Of a stretch of 64,000 nucleotides of DNA, positions 23,101 through 38,100 are shown in pieces. The translations under genes and the position numbers were made by a program. The DNA comes from Trichoplax adhaerens (taxonomy: Eukaryota; Animalia; Placozoa). How positions within the stretch are numbered: the first letter of the stretch is position 1; each line of letters begins with the position of its first letter. The stretch spans positions 5,615,086 to 5,679,085 of the forward strand of contig NW_002060947.1 of NCBI RefSeq assembly GCF_000150275.1, in the 5' to 3' direction. Under the pieces are notes generated by a model, which saw only the letters and a list, made by a program, of their open reading frames with translations, ran no database searches and was not told the DNA's origin.

Positions 23101-26100
23101 TAACAACTAGTCATGGACTCCATACTAGGGCAAAAAATGCTTACCTTTGCAATTACTCTTGAGACCATTTTACTCCAAGATGCATGAATACACAATCATC
23201 GTCCTTTCCTTTATTCTGATCTTAATGAGCCATCCTTCTAGAAATGAATTCCTTCAAGATTGACCGATGCCTAATAATATTGTCTAGTACAACATGATGG
23301 CGATTGATTACTGTACATACAGTGTAGAATTGTGGATTAATTAAGAAGATAAATAACACTTCCGCTCGCACTCCAGCAGAGGATGGATTACTCATGCCAA
23401 CATCCACATACAGTATTAATAATGATAATGATTAATAATATCATTATCGTAGGACATTGCTTTCGTCTGGATTAAATTAAAGGAGAGTAAATACATCAAT
23501 TGAAATGATATCAATTTACTCCATCATTGGATATAATTTTACATAGCATTATCCATCTATCATCATCTTATGTAGGGTAATAAAAAAGTGACATGGATGG
23601 AAATAATTACACAAATTGGAGAGTAGGGGTAAGAAGATGGAGCATATTAACGAGGCCATCGCTGTCTTTTAATAGTATAACATTTTAACCACCAGATTCT
23701 ACGGGTGTCTATTCTCCTATTTTTACTTTCCATAACGACGTGATGTTAAAAGGAGTAATAGATCATGAAATGAATTGCTCATTTTATGGGCAGTTCATCA
23801 AAACATTTGGACAGTATATCCCTGATGATTCATCGCCTCCAAAGAGGATTATTGCACCTATTGCTTGGAAGGGATGTTAACACATTGTTAATCTTGTTAG
23901 CACATCCAACTGCTGTAGCGCCTTGTGTTCAAAGTGATGACATGATCAATCCATTCTCGAGGGCTGAATTAAGGATTACCGCATCAATTAATTATTGTCA
24001 TCCTACTTAGACTACTCTACGTAAGATCTTCGATGATAAGTAGATCTACCTTCTACAATCACTTTGTAGGAATCGAACTTACAAGTGATTTATGAATGAT
24101 TGAATCTTGATGGATTTCTTCGTCCAATCGATAGCTATAATTCTACTCTACTTGCTGATGATGAGCAAAGTACGAAACGATATTTTAACTCATAATTATA
24201 ATTAATTGTACAATCTCTATCCAGGGGTAATCGTGGTGGATTTGAATCCACTCAACCGGTTCATTAGAATATGGGATCTTAGTAACTTTACCTTAGTTCA
24301 TGATTAGTTGCGCATTGTAAGGTGTCTGGGACTTTAGATTAAAAGTAATAATGATGAATTACTATGATTGCGCCTTGATGGATTTATTCGTCGCATCAGC
24401 AGCTATGATTCTACTCTACTTGTTGAAGATGACGAAAACACAGAACAATATTTATATTGATAATAATTTCTACAACCTCCAAGTAGACGTCAAGGTTATA
24501 ATTCTAGTCGGTCTGAACTGTTGAAAGACTACAACATGGGATCTTAATTAGTGATTATGCTTATGGAATAATTGCTACGTTCGATGAAGGCTAAAATATT
24601 ATGATTCTGATCGGTCTAAACTGTTGAAAGACTACAACATGGGATCTTAGTTGATGATTATGCCCATGGTATAATTGCTACGTTAGATGAAGGCTAAAAT
24701 ATTATGATTCCAATCGGTCTGAACTGTTGAAAGACTTCAATATGGGATCTTAATTAGTGATTATGCTTATGGTATAATTGCTACGTTCGATGAAGGCTAA
24801 AAAATTATGATTCTGATCGGTCTGAACTGTTGAAAGACTACAACATGGGTTCTTAGTTGATGATTATGCCCACGATATAATTGCTATCTTAGATGAAGGT
24901 TAAAAGTAACGATGATCAATGACATGAATTTTGCATTCGATGAAAAGATGACAAATGCCTTGATGGATTCAGTCGTATTAGTAGTAGTAGTTATGATTCT
25001 ACTCTGCTTCACTGGTTGAATAGGATTAGAACATAAGATGATATTTTAGTTCATGATTAGATTTACAATCACCCTGTATGGATTACAACTTTAATCTGCT
25101 TGAAGGTGACAACGACTCAAGACGAGTAGTAATACTTCGCCATCCTTGCTTAGTTTACTTTAATAGATCAATTTTATTTCACTCCAATTGGCCAGCAATA
25201 CAACATGAGTTAGCATAAGTTTCTAGACGATGTCGAGAGATGCATCGTGTCAGCATAGAGACTATACAACATGCACATAAACGATTTTTAAACCATGAAC
25301 CTAGGGTGATGGTCATTTAATAACAGTTTTCACTACCAGTTATACTTTATATGAAAATATTTAACTCATATTAATGATAAAGAATTGGAAATGTCCTTGG
25401 TTAGTTATTGTTAATTAACTTGAAATTGACTTGATAATTAGCAGGACAGTGGAAGCAGTGAAAATCCATCAGAAAGTCAATCATTAACGTAAGTTTTTCT
25501 AATCGGTGTAATGATGAACCATCATTATCAAATTGCTCCTTGCTAATGTTAAGGCTAATTTCGAAATAATCTATTTAATTTGTTATTACGGTGAATAGAC
25601 ACAGTATCAGTAGTTACTTTCTTTCCATTTGTTTGATAACACGTTATCATGGCATTTCTGATTTTTTTAATATTAGCTATTATTGGTCATTGATGTATTT
25701 GCAAAATTATTTAGTTTTGGATCTGGAGATTGCCAGGATCATTGACAATTAAATACAATTTCAACTCATGATTAGGGTAGTCATCATGGCTGATTACTTA
25801 GTTATCCAATCTCGGTTTAACCGAGATTATGACCTCAGCTTTGTTTAACCTTTTTGCATCTTTTGTCTGATGTAATTTTGGTATACTTATGGATATTTCG
25901 TAATATAATCATAATGAGCAATGCCTAGATTGGATCAATAGTGGTCCACCAAAAAATCGATTTTACTCTTTACCTTACTTCGAAAATGTCAATTAATTTT
26001 TATTAGGAGTCTAACAACAAATGATGACGACAAGGATGAAACTGACTGTGCGAAAAAGTTATTCATTGAACTTCGACCAAAGTGTTTAGACTTCGGACGC

Positions 26101-29100
26101 AGGTAATCATTCGACTTTATTATCCTGATGCAATGAAGTTTAAATGGGCAATTTATCAATCGAAAATAAACGAATAATTTAAAGCATAGTAGTGAAACAC
26201 TGTATCTAAGCAATTAGTAGCTGCTTTGCTACAAAATCTTTTACTAATTCTTGTTACTTCTGGCCATCAATAAGATAAATGTGCAAAGTATCAGTCATTT
26301 TGACTACTTCACAGCTCTGTATCCTATAGAACTATTGCTAATTGTACTACATGTACTTATATTCATTGAAAAAGTAGTTATGAAATAGAAATAGACAATC
26401 TCTAGTATTTTTAATCATATAAAATAACGTTGCATGTCCCTGAGTAATAGTGACTGCAATTTGTAATATGTTGAAGTTAATAAACTAGAAATGATCAATA
26501 CATGAAGGAGACAAAATAATGTTGCGTTGTCTTCCAGTAGCCGCAAATGGCAACATTACATAAACCTTGAAACCTTATCATAAATACTTTTCTATAAGGC
26601 CAAAGTCATTAACCAGAAGAGAGGATTTGTTAACACTATATTACTTTACAGTATTATATGGAACTGTAGCAGTAGTTTATAGTTATATCCGTGTGTAGAA
26701 GTAGAAATGACCGATGTATTAGCAATACAGCTATTTTCATGCATGCAAAACTATTTATGCATAAAATAGCGTTGCTAGAATCGAAACTACTTAAAATGGT
26801 ATTCCGTTACACATTTTCTTCCTCATAACGATATATGGATATCATTATACCTATAGCATTACTGACTCAATCTTCTTGTATTTGATTTCGAAAAATAAAA
26901 TTTAGACCGGTTGGTATCACGCACCAAGAAACTATTTCCATTTCAATCAATTTAAAATACGCCGCTGCAAATCGGAAGCCAGTAAAATTGTTATACCTTT
27001 CCTCTTCTATTCATGATTTTCAATTTGATAATTCTAGCAGGGTTAGTATTGGAACGATAAATTAATTGTCATTGATATGCTCATTTCCTCTAACATCAAT
27101 ACTACACACGCATACCCTCATAAGGAATATTATGGGATAGTTATGTTTTATAAAATAAACCTTACTCTTCTAAAAGTAAATCCATATCAATATTAAGTAT
27201 TTGGCAATAAAGATAAATTGTCCTTATTCTATTTTAACTAAATTCTCGCGCTTAATTGCCCATCACTGGCTCATCTTCGTTTAGACAATTTATCCTCGAG
27301 AAAACAATTCAATACAAATTATTTTCCATCCTCGTCAATTTGGAAAAAGAGACGAGACCATTTATTTTCATTTTTCGATTGGTAATCCAATTCTTTTAAA
27401 CGTAAGTAAAATGTTTAATACGAACTATTGCTTTAATTCTCCTGACTATAATGTATTTTACACATTAAATTGACTATCACCTGCAAAGAATCTCATCAAT
27501 TTTTAATTAACTTAGGTAACTGGTATTGGTATAGCAAATCCTTTCAAGTTGCCACTATTCTTTGCCGCTAAGCTGCCGCTAAATGCGTCTTATTCTCCTT
27601 TAATAAAAGTATTTAACCCTTATGATACAACTTTGCAGGTATTATAAGTTGATGCAACATACAATTATGCTTGTTATATTGTATTTGAATTAAAGATTCT
27701 CTACCATAACAATTATCCTTTGTCTTTATTTTTTGCTGATATTTAGATATCTGAAGTATTTTCTAGTAGTGGTGAAATTCATCTTGAATTTCCCACTGAA
27801 ACAGCTGCTGCTAAACATCCATGGGTTAGATTTCTGTATTAGTCTTTTCTGCTATGTAAAAATATGACCTAACGTCATCAGAGCTAAATTATTTATTTAT
27901 CGCTGAATCTTATAGGTGATTCCAGCGCATCAAACTCATACCATCTCTCGCTTGGCCTTTTTAGGCGCAATCGAAAATAATTATACCGCTTATTTATGCA
28001 TTCATACTAACGCTAGCTTGACTAATAGTAGTATTATTGTGCCTATTCAAATTGAAGTTACTACAGGTTAGATTTACTACTGCTTGAAAGTTTACATACC
28101 AGTATATGGTACTAATAATACTTATTGTTCTACAGCTCCTGGTTTATTTAGTATTACTAACTTATTTGATTTTGGAATAATCGAAGGCTCAGGTAAAATT
28201 GAACTTTCCAAAATTGTAATGAATTATCAACTTTGAACAGCATCTAAATTTGCTAGCCTTTTATGGGAGCTATTAATAATAATGATCATCTCTGTAACAC
28301 ATAGATAATATTAAGACTTTTTATGTTGCAGGAATAATAAAGTCTATAGATATTTATTTACTTCATATTGGTAAAAAACAAACTCAAATAGCTGTAAGTA
28401 ATTTTGTCCTCATTTTTACCTGTTGTTCAGCATAAAAGAATTACATTTTGCTCAGTTACCTGACAATGCTTGGTTTATATTATTCTGAATAGGATATTTC
28501 TGTCGTTCCTTCTCATGAAGCAGTCTCGGTCAAATTTAATGTAAGTTACGCAACAAATTTTGGATGGTAGTAATACAAAATCTTACATATCACCAATTTT
28601 CTCATATAGTGAAAGCAATGCTATTACTTTGGATTTACAGCTAATTCACGCCGGTTGTAGTTATTAACCTCGCAATTAATTTATTTTATTATATTATTCC
28701 TTAGAGTAAAGTTAAGCTTAAATCGGATGGCATTTATAGAAAAGTTGGCACCATCCTTCTTGACAGTGAGTAATTCGAAGCTATTTACTATACTTAAGAT
28801 CGATACTTGTAAATTGTTAGCTCACTTTTGAATTCAGGCTTAAATTTATTGTGTTATTTCACTGTCATAGGTGATAAAATTAGCAATGAAGAATTCCTTA
28901 CTGGTGTAATAAAAATTAAATCAAATAATAGGCATGCTTATAAATTAGATATTCCATACTGTGCCACCATACATAAAGGGTTCGTATGGATAATTGTAAT
29001 AGGCAGACAAAGTTCTTAGTTAATATAGGATAAACTTTTAGAAATTGGATTCTCACTTTAATTTAATAATCCATTAATGAACTTAAACTTAAAAAATCTT

Positions 29101-32100
29101 CTCAATTAGGTGGTTAAAATTTTCCAAAAATTCGGTTACGATACAAATTAAAACTGGCACAACTTCCGTCATTATTCGGCCTTTAACTTTAGAAAATCAT
29201 TTCCGTATTCCTCTTTCCGTTAGTAAAATTAAATTGGATAAAGGGAAAGCACTCGTAAAGGTATTTGTATTAAATTGATTACAAAGGATATCATACTGTT
29301 AGCCTTACATGTTTATATAGCATGGAAATCGAATCATTGATGAACATTACGCATGACTTATATTATTTCAGATATCTCAATTTTCAAAATTTGATGTTCT
29401 ACTTGTTGGTAAAATTGTCACCTTATTTCAATTCAACATCAACTGCAGCAAGTATAAATCGCCTGTCAGCACCAGTCTAACTTTATATACCAACTTAACG
29501 TCGTTTCGGGTTCCTATTCAAATATTTGATGGCTCTTTAAAAGTATGTGATATAACTGATTATTACGAAGAAAGGAAATAATCACTAGTTCTCTCGAATG
29601 ATGATGACATATTATAACTTTTAGTATTTCGTACTATGATTTTAGTTTTATAGAAATAAGATAGGAGTATCATCTCTCAACTTTGATACAGTGGCTACCA
29701 ACGATATACGTCTTGTTTCACTACTGGTCAAGAACATTAATCCTATAAACATCACTATATTAAAGATTCGTAGTAGCTTAGACTGTATTTCTATATTTCC
29801 TCAAAATGACGCTAAATTAGCTACTTTACAGGTATAATTGCAAAATTTGATTATGATGCTAATTGTTCATTAATTCTATTGCATCCACAAACGGAAATTA
29901 ACGGTTATAACAAACATTCTAGAATCCACTAATCATGGTTCCTGAGTTAGAAATTAATTTTACCATTCGTTTGGAATCACCAGATACTGCTGGGTTGTAT
30001 ATCGGTCAAATTGAATTTATTACCGATCATGAGGTATCTATCTATATTGGTTAATTATTGTATTTTCTGTATGAAAGGTTCAAACATTGTTTATTTAACA
30101 TAATTACATGTATTACCATAGGAATTACAATTACCTTGGAAGTTTAAGTCAGTCAACGTCAACATTAGGCCAGGATTAGATCCGATTGTATTTTCACCTA
30201 GTTTTCCGGTAAGATTAATTTCCAGTGAACTTGCTGGCTAGTGATAAATTGAATTATCTTTAACTTAACTTACAGTATTTTATATATATACATTAATATA
30301 TACTCGTATACACTACAATTCCTATTTCTAGCTTTTAAACTAATCTAATATAAAACAATCTCTGTTGTATTTGATTGAAATAGAGTCGTAGGGAAATTCA
30401 AACTCTATGGATGACATCAAATTATCACCCATTTACCAAGATTAAATCTATTCAATACGATCCTAGCGATATTCGATTTGAATTTTCATTTGCGAATGAA
30501 AGCAGTTCGAGTTTAAAGGGTGATGAATCAACACTAGTTGGCTATTTGTCATTTATCCCATCAAAAGATATCCAATATCGTTATATAGGTTTAAATCAAC
30601 CCGAATTAGGTAACTCATTTGTAAAATTGTGATTATATACCATAATTTTTGCCAATGCATACTATAAAAATATATAAATGACAATGATGTTTACTTAAAA
30701 TACTAGATAATGCGGCATGGATTAAAAGCTTGCAATTAGATCAAGAGACTACAGCTGTTGATAGGAGGTTTTATAATAAATTACAAGAAAAATGGAAGTA
30801 TTTAGAGGACAATGGTTTAACATCAAGTGTCCACCAATTAAAAATCGAAACCGACATTATCGAAAATATAAATGTAACTGTTCAGGCTTCTCTAATGTGG
30901 CCGTCAATTATCACTACTGAAGGACCAATTATTTACCCGCTAACGCACCCGAAAAATTATTCTTCAAAGGTTGTTGCTTTAGTTAACCCATCTGATCAGA
31001 ACATAATAGTACAAGCTGTTTTACTACCTGACTATCCATCGCAACAAGCTGCTCTTGATATTATTGAAGATGGAGTAGTTATTGATACAGATTCACAATC
31101 ATTGAATGGTTTCAAATTGCAAATGGCTGCGCATTCCGATTACGAAAGTATTTCTACCATTGATGGAATTAAAAGTCATCCCGCTTCATTGTCATTTTTA
31201 TTAAAACCGCGTGGTCGTGCTAATATTACAGTATCCTTTACACCATCAGACTATCGAGTCTCATCAACCTTTCTCCTAATTAGGTAAATGAATGATTCCA
31301 CGTTCATTAGCGCTTGATTTCAAGAATTTGGTTTTAATACATGGCTATCAGTTAAGTTAAAGTACTAACATTCTCTATCCTTTTAGGAATAATTTAACTA
31401 TCATAGACAGCATATTATTACAAGGGCAAGGGGGCCGAGGAGAATTGCAACTGCACGGTGATAATATTTCATGCAATGGTAGTTTGCAATTTGTTGCGCA
31501 TCCTTCCGATCTCTTGCACTGCTCAGGTTGGAAAAGTGTATCTTATATTTGTAATAATTAAGTTTAGTAAATAATTGAATAAAAAACGCATTGGTATTAC
31601 TGTTGAAGCTATTAAATTATTAGTTATAGATCTTGTTCTAAAAGTATTTGAGTAAACTAATTGCTAACTTTATTTGTTGCTACACTGTAGACAAGAAATC
31701 AAGCCATTTTAATACAGCATCTAAATTTGAAATTTTGAGCAAATTTATAATGGAAAATAGCGGAAAATTGCCTATTTTTGTTAAAAAAATGGACATTAAT
31801 GGTTTTGAATGTTCTGGCTATGGATTTGAAATTAAAAACTGTACATCATTTCTACTAAATCCGAAGCATAATATACAAATTGATATCGGGTAATCCATTA
31901 CTCCCTTTAGACAATATTAGAGTAGATAAATGGGTAACAGTTAGCACCTATAAGTTATTAATTTTGTTAAAAATATTTTTAGGCTTACGACATTTTTGGG
32001 AATTATTATTTCTACGTAGGTTTGAACCAGATTTCTCTATATCAGTGATAGAAAGAACATTACGTATTCATACTAGTGACGACGGAATAAGAGAATTTAA

Positions 32101-35100
32101 TCTTATTGCTATATTACCTCATTACCTATTACCAAACTGTTCGTCCTTGCGGATTACACCATCCTGGATAAACTGGACCAGCAAAATTGCCTGGCTGATT
32201 ATGACTGGAATATTAATTTTTATTGTTGGTTTGGCGATGTCCAAATCGAAAAATATTTCAAGACAAATTCTTCCGTTGATTTGTGATGATAAAGCAAATG
32301 GGAACGTAGCTCACTATTCACCCAGTACCGATGTATTCGACTTGAAAGCTTTGATCAATACAAAGCAATTGTTTGAAAATGCTGAAAATTTGTTAGATGA
32401 GTAAGAAAATTACTTTTATTAAGGAATTAATGAAATTATCTTAATTAGAATAAATTGTACGAGATATTAGAATATTTGCGATATAATCTCCATATTTATA
32501 ATCACTTAAGCTAATGTTGTATCACATATTTGTCATACATAGTGATGAAGAAGGCAGCGAGCGCAGTAACAATTCGATTATAGATGAAATAGATGCCGAC
32601 ATGTCTTCTCATGATTCTGGCATTACTGATGCATACGGTGAAGATAATGAAGATAAAATGTTTGGTGATGAAACTAGTAATGATAATGCTAAGAACGATG
32701 TACCATGGAGAATGCACTATACTTCCAATGATAACGAAGAAAAGAATACAGCCCTCCGCAAGGATTCTGTTGGAGAGATTGATAACGCTGACGTTTGGAA
32801 AACTTCTAACTCAAAACTTGATAAAGAAATAAATTGTGAAACCTCCGATCAGTTAGTACAAATTACGAGAGCTAAATCTAGGCATGATTTAGATTCTTCC
32901 TTGGTTACTGCGGCAACTGCACAATCTAGTTTACCTGAAGCAACGGATAGTAAAAAATATCTGGACAAGGCTGATAACAAGGCTGATCAGCAATGTGGCA
33001 CCAATAAAATTCCGTGGAACACTAGCAGCGTCGTTGCACATACTACACAGGAACATAAAACTCAAAAGTCGAAATTACTTAAAAAGAATAAGAAATCAGC
33101 TGTAAAAAAGGATGCTAGCCATCAACAAAAAGGCAAGAATGATCATTCTATCGAAGCTATGGGAAAGCAAGAAACAACAATTTCAACCGCAATTGAATCT
33201 AGCAGTAAAATAAATAAGGATAGACAGAAATCGTTACAGCAACCGTTTAGTACGGCTAAGGACACTGATAATAGCAAAGCTCTACAAGCGGTTGCAGAAT
33301 CGCCATCCTCTTCGTCATCTCACCCTATCGGTAGCAATCCGAATGTTGATAAAAGTGCTAGTACGCACTTTAATAAGGATATCGATAATCCTCCCAATAA
33401 AGCCAATACTAAGAAATCAAAGATGACTACTCAGCATCAAAGTAAACCCGTGTACAATAATAAGGCTAACAGTAATAAATCGATCAATATCGAAAAGCAA
33501 TCTGTCAATCGTGACGGAAAGCAGACAAAGAAAGGGCCAGCATCGCATGCAGATCCAAGTAATAGTGTACTTGCTAACAAAAAGATGAGTCAAGAATTGA
33601 AACAGAAACATGCCAATACTAATATACAAGAATCATCCATTTCTCCTTCAAACAATATGCAATCGAAAGCGATTACGACCGCATCAAGCTCATCTTTTAA
33701 TAATTCAACAGAATCGTATGCGCAGTCATTCTCACGAGAACGCCATGATGATTCTAGTAATCGAAAGTCAGATATTACACATAATGAGTTCTATTTATCA
33801 TCTGTAGGAAATTTGGGTAAGCATAGCAGCAATTTCCTAGAGCAGCTTTTGATATACTTTCTTTTGCTATTTAGTTTAGATTTAAAGTTTATGGGAAGAA
33901 CATTTAAATTAGTATTACTAATATGACTGCAATCTATATAGGATCAACCTCTCCTGATGATGCTAGACATGCTGGTAACGATGGCCACCGATATAATAAT
34001 GACGACGTGGGTATTAGTGGGAAATCCATAAGTTACCGGCCTTCGTCAATTCCATCCAGACATTCGGCGTTTACAAGCTATCGACCACATAGTGCATCTC
34101 CGCATTATGCTTCCAGGGAAGCTTTGCAAAAAGTGCCACAAAACATTTCTACTGAAAATCAAGTGGATAATTATGCTGGCCATTGGAATACTCCATTAGT
34201 GCCATCTTTTGATCAATCTAGTCCACCTAGATTAAGTGTAAATGAGAATACGAGTATAAATAACCAACCAGTAAATAGGAATTCGATTAATCACGGTGCA
34301 CCACCAATGCTGTCAACATTACCACATTCGATGGGGGCATCACTGCAATATTATGATAAAGCTATTATCGATGTCCAATGTAGTGCAGCCCCTCCTACTA
34401 CATTAACTTCGCGGTCAGACTATGAACATCCACCTCAGAGATTATCAGCTGGAGTAGCTATCCAGCCTAGAAGTAACTGGCGAAGTCATGATTCGCACCG
34501 GTATCAAAATTGGTCCGCAGATGCTGGAGATGATTACTCTGCTGTTTCAGATGATCGCTATGGATCTTGGCCTAATTCGAACCGATCACCAAGTTACCCT
34601 AATAATGTCGCTCCCTATGTTGTGAGTTGGTTTCATATAAACGCAGAATGTTTGATACAGGATTGTGTTGCACCCTGTTGTAAAAAATATGCTATTCAAA
34701 GTCAACTTTTATTTTAATTCGTTATAGAATAATTACCAGTATTATGCACCTCCGGCTAGCCAACATGATAATAATTGGCCCAATGTCAACGAAAGGCAAC
34801 TACAGCAGTCTGAGGTAAGCTAAAGTGTAGAAGGTCTAACATGATTTTATACTCTTGTATCTTTGTAGATAGCATTTCTTTACTATTCCATGAATAATTC
34901 ATTGATTTAAATCGGTAAAGCATTGAAGAGAGACTAATCAATCTACTATAGGAGGATACCTCATCATCTTGGGCTGCGTCATTTATGGAAGATTTAAATA
35001 AAGATGATAGCACAAGTTCTAGTGGTGAGAAATCAATCGTCGATTATAATCCTCTGAATTACTTTGGAAATAGCATTTGGGCACCTAAGGATGACAAGAG

Positions 35101-35110
35101 TTTATTTTAA
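20128..35110 (+). CDS. TMEM131: Transmembrane protein 131 (multi-exon)
   Basis: Spliced exons from 26007 give LDFGRRPVGITHQETI...VTGIGIANPFKLPLFFAAKLPLNASYSPLIKVFNPYDTTLQISEVFSSSGEIHLEFP...PIQIEVTTAPGLFSITNLFDFG, colinear with the TMEM131 N-terminus. Later VALVNPSDQNIIVQ, LLIRNNLT, MENSGKLPIFV..INGFECSGYGF, FEPDFS, a TM helix, a low-complexity tail and YNPLNYFGNSIWAP; stop at 35110. The first exon 20128-20260 (signal-peptide-like, GTAAG donor) is assigned by inference; exons between 20261 and 26006 are unresolved. Confidence 0.9.
20370..22300. repeat. Highly degenerate ~230-240 bp tandem array (intronic)
   Basis: An aaataaaatgat.g.t.g.caa.ca.tc.t-like anchor at ~20573, 20813, 21046, 21288 and 21500; a ccatttcctac.cttgtagc-like anchor at ~20641, 20874, 21122 and 21350. 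Confidence 0.7.
24100..25070. repeat. Nested tandem repeat: young 103-bp x4 array within older ~270-bp units
   Basis: ggg(a/t)tctta at 24538, 24641, 24744 and 24847; cttgatggatt...attctactct at ~24106, 24374 and 24959. Confidence 0.92.
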
Positions 35111-37229
35111 CGAATATATCGTAATTTAATTGAAATTTTTTTTGTTTATTTCATGTAATTACATCGAATTTAAAGTCGATCACTATACTTTTTCTATTCC
35201 TTTCATATTCTCTGAATAAAACGAACGAATATCAACCTATTTATTAGTCGTTTGCATGTGTAACTATTGCTGCCTTTATTTTCATCTGCAGTGTTTTTTT
35301 TCTATTTGATATGCTCAATATTCTTCTATTGACTGTATATTAATTCAGCTTTGTATTTTCAATGCTATGTATGGTATCATGTATAGAGAGAATGTTTCTG
35401 ATATCTAATTGAATCGATCACATCATCTAGAAACGCTCTTTATCTGTTTACTCTACAAATATTAATATAATTCCTACTTGCGTAAGAATAACGATTGCGA
35501 AGAAATCGTATTGGCATAAGCATTGCTTGTTAAGATCTATTTTTGAAAAAATTGTTAAGTCTTAAAGTAATCACATCATCACATTTGGTTATAGCTTAAC
35601 TCATACCTATAACTGCAAAGGAATACTGTAGGCTTGACGTTACTGGATTGAATTGAATGGTACGGTAGCTGTTATGACCGTATAGAGAAATAATACTGTA
35701 CTGGTATAACAAAGTTGTGCTATATTTGATAGCGAGAACCTACCGCTGTAAACATTCATTTTACCGTTATTATTTTATATTATTTATTAGCTTTTGATCA
35801 ATCTATTTAAATTGATGTCACAAATTTATCACTAAGATACGGGTTAAGATCAATCGTTGCATCAGTTACGATGTCGATTTAATTTTTTCATATTATCATG
35901 CGATTGAAAAAATTATGCTAGATTACACCATATTTCTATTTTTTTGTTTTCATTGTGTGCAATACATAATGAAACTTTGTTGTTAATTATTTTGGGGGCC
36001 TGTTATATTAATGAAAGGCAAAATAAATAACTGAATAAAGAGCTTTAGCTTTCGTTATATAGGCGCCGACTTTTTCATATTTTAAAAGGTAAAACTATGA
36101 ATATGGTGTTTGATAAATCATGATATTGACCAACTCTATCAAGGCAATATTATCACACTATGGATAAGATACAGGTCTTGAAATAGAGTAGGCCAAGACG
36201 GGTTGAAAGAAATATTTCCATTTCAATTGGAGGTATTGGATAGAATCAGATTATGATTAGTTCAGTTATTAACATTGTGAGGCCCAGCCAGAGGATATTA
36301 TAATACAGCATCGTTCCCATCAGAAAAGAAAATGGTGAAAAACACCAGACTTAATCTGATCATTCATTTGCTAATTGCTTAATTTATCATTAATCAACAA
36401 TAAAAATGCACTTACTACAGTCAAAATAGTTGATCTGGTCGAGACTATCATCAACATATGATGTAAATATCACGTCTGCATCAATAATTTAAACTTGACC
36501 TACTGCTAATAAAATAACAAATTTGAGGTTTTTCCACTTTTATGGCATCTATCTTGCGTTTTAACACTAAATCGTAATTGTATCAGTTTTACAACATCCA
36601 TCTCTAGGAAAACATTTGTTCGTGTAGCCTATTTTAGTTAAATAAACATACGAGTAATTTACTTTTTGTATTCTCATTCTCGGCTCTTTTAATTTTAAAT
36701 ATCAGTTGCATATTTACGATACCAGTAGCTGCTTGCTAATTAGAAAAATATCTTTCAATGCTGTCAATATATCTCCGCGTATTTATTAAGGAAGTAATGG
36801 GAGCTACTTCTCCATTTTCTACGTGTCTTCTACGTGTCTTATGAAGTTGTCGTTGTATATTAAACATTACGGATGATAGTCATTTAAATACCACGTTGTC
36901 TCTTGATTTACATGTACGCAGCCGTTTTATTAATAAAAGTTATAGCATTCATTGCTTTAATTTACATTTGTAGTTATTCAGTATTGTCTACTTCCCTCAT
37001 TTCTTTTTCATACTTTATAATCAATAAATAGCTACACTTTAACTGTAATAAGGACTAAAATAGAGCCTCTTCTATTGGTTAAATAGACTAATGCTGTCAA
37101 TACACGGTTTATTCACACTTCTTAAGATAAATGAAATATCAACATGCATTGCTTCTATATTCTTTCCCATTTTTTATTCCATCGGTTATCAATTCCAAAA
37201 GTTTCTTCATATTCCTTCACCACAGTAGA

Positions 37230-38100
37230 AGATTACCCTATCCTTTCTTTGTTTCATTTTTCACCCTTCCCAATTATCAAACAGATAAATATCTAATATT
37301 GGTGGACTCATTTAATTCATCCACTAGTCTATATTCAAATCATGAACCGGGAAATAGTGCCCTGTATTTCCTATATTTCTTTTTTCATCCTTCTCCATCA
37401 CCTTATAGCTAGGTAATGAATAAAGATAGCATTACCTAATATTGATGGAGTCTTTCACTTCATCAACGAGCCGGTATTCAAATCATAAATTAGGAAATAT
37501 ATACCCTGTATTTCCTATATTTCTTTTTCAGCCTTACCGATCGTCTAATAGTGAAATATCTAATAAAGATAACATTACCTAATGTTGATGAACTCATTTA
37601 GTTTAGTGTATCTTCTAATCTATATTCATATCATAAACTAGAAAATACTCACCTGTATTTCTTTTTATCCTTTTTTCACCCTTCCCAATCATCTAATAGC
37701 GAAATATCTAATGAAGATAATATTACCAAATCCTGATGAACTCATTGAATTCATCAACTAGTCTGTATTTAAAACATGAACAAGGAAATACTGTCTTGTA
37801 TTTCCTTTCTTTGCTTTTTTATCCTACACGATCATCTGATAGCTAAATATCTAATAAAGATAACATTGCCTAATATTGATGGAGTCTTTCAGTTCGTCAT
37901 CGAGCCGATCGATATTCAAATCATGAATTAGGAAATATTACCCTGTAGTTCTTATTCTTTTCACCTTTCGTGATCATCCAACCGCTAGATGTCTAATAAA
38001 GATAGCTCTACTGGTACCTTTAGTATTAATGAACTCTTTTATTTCATCCACTAGCTTTGTATTCAAATCAATAAATTAGGCCCTTTTTCCTATTCTTCTT
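37230..38100. repeat. ~145-bp degenerate tandem array, ~6 copies (intergenic)
   Basis: A ccctgtatttcc-like anchor at ~37360, 37504, 37652, 37795, 37941 and 38081; aataaagata.cattacctaat recurs in each unit. Confidence 0.88.

Noticed and set aside
32511-35013. Antisense and alternate-frame ORFs over TMEM131 exons (likewise 52792-53022 over the formin)
   Set aside because: Shadows of real coding exons.
37131-37412. Hydrophobic 93-aa ORF
   Set aside because: Runs through the 145-bp array; low-complexity F/S/Y translation of pyrimidine-rich repeat DNA.
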